Shown here in pieces: positions 60,979-64,000 of a stretch of 64,000 nt of DNA. The stretch spans positions 65,132 to 129,131 of the forward strand of contig JBAWZC010000001.1 in NCBI GenBank assembly GCA_037143235.1. Direction: 5' to 3'. This stretch comes from Candidatus Berkelbacteria bacterium (GTDB taxonomy: Bacteria > Patescibacteriota > UBA1384 > XYA2-FULL-43-10 > 1-14-0-10-43-13). The position numbers and the translations under genes are program-made. How positions within the stretch are numbered: the first letter of the stretch is position 1; every line of letters begins with the position of its first letter. The notes beneath the pieces are model-generated. The model was not told the origin of the DNA, did no database searches, and was given only the letters and a program-made list of their open reading frames with translations.

Positions 60979-61548
60979 ATGGGAGATGACGAAGACAAAG
61001 TTCTGGAAGAAGAATCCAAGAACTGGGGTACGCCAAGTCAAAAGACGACCGACGATAGCACTGATAACGCAACTACATCTAGCGATGATGGTGATTTTAC
61101 TTTTCATCCATTTGCCAACTCGCCAGCGCAACCCGCTGTCGATACAAAAATAGCTGACACAAAGCCAGCCAAATCTCCATTTGATGATGACGAGGAAGAT
61201 CTTGCTCCCGACACCATCGTTGGTAGTCCTGTAGTCAAAACAGACTCGGAAACCAAAGATGACGCTACTTTCACCGTTGACGATGTCAAAAATGAAACTG
61301 GGGACACAATAGTGAACAATAGCGAAGACAAAAAGGTCGAGACTACCGCAGATTTGTCCTCGATCAAAACTGATTTCGACAAAGCTGCTTCCGATATCAA
61401 GGCTGGCATCGACAAGATGTCTTCGATCCTATCAGATCTGATTGCTAAGTCAGATTCACTTGAGAAGTCAAACCAATCGCTCGAGGACGAAAAAACCAAG
61501 CTCGAAGCTGGTATCGCCAAAGTCAAAGACGCGTTCTCCACACTATAA
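60979..61548 (+). CDS. Acidic low-complexity protein with C-terminal coiled coil
   Basis: AAGGAGG RBS; D/E/T-rich N-terminus, heptad-patterned C-terminus. Confidence 0.75.
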   Translation: MGDDEDKVLEEESKNWGTPSQKTTDDSTDNATTSSDDGDFTFHPFANSPAQPAVDTKIADTKPAKSPFDDDEEDLAPDTIVGSPVVKTDSETKDDATFTVDDVKNETGDTIVNNSEDKKVETTADLSSIKTDFDKAASDIKAGIDKMSSILSDLIAKSDSLEKSNQSLEDEKTKLEAGIAKVKDAFSTL

Positions 61549-61552
61549 TTTT

Positions 61553-62083
61553 TTAGAGAGTTATAAAATCTTTCAATTTATTAAAGGTAGCATCTCCAAT
61601 ACCTTTGACATTTTTTAGTTCTTCGAGAGTCTTAAAACCGCCCTTCGCCACCCGATAATCGATAATTCTACCCGCATAAGCCGCCCCTATCCCCGGCAAA
61701 GTATCTAGTTGTGCCGCATTTGCCGTATTGATATTTACCTTACCTTTTGGCGCAATTATTGCAGCAGTTTTCGAAGTCGACGAGCTTTGAGACTCACTAC
61801 TGGCAGAGGCCACAGCGATAGATTGCTCACTTGAGACACTTGGACTACCTAGTGATTTATCTGCAGTTTTGCTTTCCAGCGCACTCAGTCGAGCCGACAA
61901 CTCTTTGTACTCGGCTTGCCACTCGGGCTCTCCCCTGTTTTCTAACCAAAGCAGACCGCCAGAAAGCACTATCACAAAAATTAATAGTCCGCCGCCGATA
62001 TATAGTCGATATTTATCGACGAATTCTTTCGTCTTCTCAATAAATTTCTCGTACTCAGTTTTTTTGAGCTTGATCTTGTCCAT
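61553..62083 (-). CDS. comEA: ComEA family DNA-binding protein
   Basis: TM plus KVNINTA..AQLDTLPGIG...GGFKTLEELKNVKGIG (helix-hairpin-helix). Confidence 0.93.
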   Translation of the reverse strand: MDKIKLKKTEYEKFIEKTKEFVDKYRLYIGGGLLIFVIVLSGGLLWLENRGEPEWQAEYKELSARLSALESKTADKSLGSPSVSSEQSIAVASASSESQSSSTSKTAAIIAPKGKVNINTANAAQLDTLPGIGAAYAGRIIDYRVAKGGFKTLEELKNVKGIGDATFNKLKDFITL

Positions 62084-62129
62084 ACAAATATTTTATCACC
62101 ACCAACTATTGGCCACAAACGGCAACTAT

Positions 62130-62879
62130 TTATTCTTTTGAAACTTTCCAAAGTTGTTCAAACCAACTTTTCATTGTGATAGCGTATTCCTTCGAAGTCA
62201 CGACAAATCCAAAATTCTCCTTGGCTGTCGTGATTACTGCAACTGTATTTTGATAAATCGTCACATGCCCAGGACTAACAAAATCAGCTGGCGAGTATCT
62301 GATTTGACGAATAGTCTCCTCTGGTGACTGGAAGATGGATTCAGCTACTTCCGCTGCACGAACTCTGACAGATCGAGTTTTTATCCCCTTGGCAATTCTG
62401 TTTTTAATGAATTTTTCCAGATAACGCTTCCCAATTACCTCAACAATCTTGTCGTATTCTCCGACATACAAAATCTCTGTCTCCCCGGAGACAATCATTT
62501 CATCATAAATCTGACGAATCTCATCTTGACCCTTGAAAAATCGCATACTCGGCTCGACCATCGAAGTTGAGTACAACCTTTTTAATTCTGGCAAGATTGA
62601 TTTTGCTGTTTTTTCTCGTTCAGTAGCCTCATCCTTCTGTCTTTTCGCAAGATTCAAAACAGCTTCAGGTGGATTCGGTAGATACACACGCCTCGAACAT
62701 CTCTGCAATATTTCAACCAATCCTATACTTTTCAGGTTCTCCAAAATATACACCACCGTATTTCGCGGCAATTCTACTTTTTGGGCCAACGGCACGATAT
62801 GAGTCTCGCCCATTTCGAGCAAGGCCAAATACACCTTCACATCCTTCTTATCCAAGCCTAATTTTTCAATTTCTTCCAT
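62130..62879 (-). CDS. TrmB family transcriptional regulator
   Basis: LGLDKKDVKVYLALL..G...PRNTV..ILENL...GLV HTH; C-terminal IY.N.VA...FEQLW. Confidence 0.88.
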   Translation of the reverse strand: MEEIEKLGLDKKDVKVYLALLEMGETHIVPLAQKVELPRNTVVYILENLKSIGLVEILQRCSRRVYLPNPPEAVLNLAKRQKDEATEREKTAKSILPELKRLYSTSMVEPSMRFFKGQDEIRQIYDEMIVSGETEILYVGEYDKIVEVIGKRYLEKFIKNRIAKGIKTRSVRVRAAEVAESIFQSPEETIRQIRYSPADFVSPGHVTIYQNTVAVITTAKENFGFVVTSKEYAITMKSWFEQLWKVSKE

Positions 62880-62928
62880 ATTTTTATAATCTCGTTTCGT
62901 CGAACTATTTCGACATTATTATTACAAT

Positions 62929-63002
62929 ACAATATATCAGGGCTGTATCTTTGTCAATATATGTCTATATGTATTGACATTATATAAATATAGTGCTATA
63001 AT
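62929..63002. promoter_or_regulatory. Divergent sigma70-type promoters
   Basis: Plus strand TTGACA(62974)-17 bp-TATAAT(62997); minus strand TTGACA(62957)-17 bp-TATTGT(62934). Confidence 0.65.
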
Positions 63003-63050
63003 GCCAATTGTTACGATCAGTATTATGGCTGACGTAAAGAGGAGAAAGAA

Positions 63051-63207
63051 AATGCTAGAATTAAGCGTTGTGGCAATATTTACAGTTATTGCCTATGTAA
63101 TCGCATGCTTTTTAGGCATGCAAGGGCTGATATTGGCTCTAACGACAATCGCTATCGTCATCATAATGATAGCAACGCTATTCTATGTAATAGAAAAAAA
63201 AATTTAA
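63051..63207 (+). CDS. Small two-TM hypothetical protein
   Basis: GAGGAG RBS, hydrophobic 51-aa product; start approximate. Confidence 0.5.
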
Positions 63208-63223
63208 CGATGGTGATTTCATA

Positions 63224-63775
63224 GTGACGTTGGTAATGGTACTAGCGTCTACCACCTGCATAATCGGAATAGTGATAGGAAAACTTGGAACAAATACAAT
63301 TTGGCCAATGGTGGCCATCGTCGCAATAATGGTTTCGATCAAGATTCAGCTCTCATATAGGGAAAGATTCGTTGACAAGAAACCATTCGAGACAGTTGAT
63401 ATCACTAAGGAGATAGTATTCGACTGTCGCTACACAGGAGAGCCTCTAAACAAACCCAATGTGAGAAAAATATTTCTCTCCTTGGGCTGCTCGAGTGAAA
63501 TCATCCAATGGTATGATGATGAATTTCGAAATTTGTTGGAGCGCTACTCCTCTGATTATTGGCTGCTCGAAATACGAGCCATCGTAAACCATGGTGAGGC
63601 AAAGGAAGATATAATGTGTTACGAGATCTCAATACGAGATCGCTGCATTATATCGGCAGCAGGCTCAACAATGAGCAGTGGCTACACATTCTGGGTAACG
63701 GGTACCCTCCAGCACCCGACTGGAGTCTATCTCCCAGAAAAGTGCAGATTACACATCAGAGGTGAAAAAAATTAG
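63224..63775 (+). CDS. Hypothetical membrane-anchored protein
   Basis: Two N-terminal hydrophobic segments; followed by a hairpin. Confidence 0.6.
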   Translation: MTLVMVLASTTCIIGIVIGKLGTNTIWPMVAIVAIMVSIKIQLSYRERFVDKKPFETVDITKEIVFDCRYTGEPLNKPNVRKIFLSLGCSSEIIQWYDDEFRNLLERYSSDYWLLEIRAIVNHGEAKEDIMCYEISIRDRCIISAAGSTMSSGYTFWVTGTLQHPTGVYLPEKCRLHIRGEKN

Positions 63776-63790
63776 TAATCTCCAAACGCA

Positions 63791-63834
63791 AGACCAGCCC
63801 TGACTCATAGTCACGGCTGGTCTATTTTATTTTA
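63791..63834 (+). terminator. Intrinsic terminator
   Basis: AGACCAGCC.TGAC...GTCA.GGCTGGTCT followed by ATTTTATTTT. Confidence 0.7.
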
Positions 63835-63862
63835 TACTCCCCGTCCCGATCCACTCAAAACT

Positions 63863-64000
63863 TTATTCCATATGTAGTGCGGACTCAAAATTTTTCATTT
63901 TTTCTATCAATTTCGGGTATTTGTCTATTTCAGGAGTAATTGTCTTGGCTGCTTGAACTGCCAAATCCATAGTTTCAATATCACCCATACTTGCCATTTT
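63863..64000 (-). CDS. 3' end of an unidentified ORF entering from the window edge
   Basis: Open frame ...MASMGDIETMDLAVQAAKTITPEIDKYPKLIEKMKNFESALHME*. Confidence 0.4.
   Translation of the reverse strand, partial: KMASMGDIETMDLAVQAAKTITPEIDKYPKLIEKMKNFESALHME

Overview
This is a 64 kb chromosomal segment of a bacterium that is very probably Patescibacteria/CPR. The inference rests on a short AlaS, a SecA SEC-C tail with an insertion, an FtsA-like plus baseplate-J-like gene pair, TrmB/ComEA/ComM genes and no biosynthetic genes. Core content: ftsE, gpmI, secA, hpf, serS, lysS, greA, mrdA-mreD-mreC-mreB-mltG-ruvX, alaS, a lytic transglycosylase, a heliorhodopsin beside a cytochrome-b5-like protein, a MacB-type ABC transporter with a 1935-aa LamG/FN3 surface protein, nrnA, rpsA, secG, rlmN, comM, a complete atp operon, miaA, DUF2207, comEA, trmB and 8 intact tRNAs. 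Layered over this core are many very small selfish-looking modules. (1) Five free-standing nucleases (3 GIY-YIG, 2 LAGLIDADG) each end at or within the 5' end of a tRNA gene, including all four intact tRNA-Leu genes. At the Leu(TAA) locus the resident tRNA is split and an intact replacement lies between the halves. (2) A complete tRNA-Phe bounded by inverted repeats sits inside the anticodon arm of a broken tRNA-Phe. (3) A GIY-YIG gene is bracketed by TGTCAT-tailed hairpins, and a gene-less version of the same ends is inserted in frame in alaS. (4) GxxExxY and four-helix-bundle genes are bracketed by inverted repeats, with an apparent empty copy of the latter. (5) GGCAGG-tailed hairpins are inserted in tRNAs, in other repeats and in frame in miaA. 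No rRNA, CRISPR array or DDE/HUH transposase was seen. All family assignments are by eye from motifs; no searches were run.
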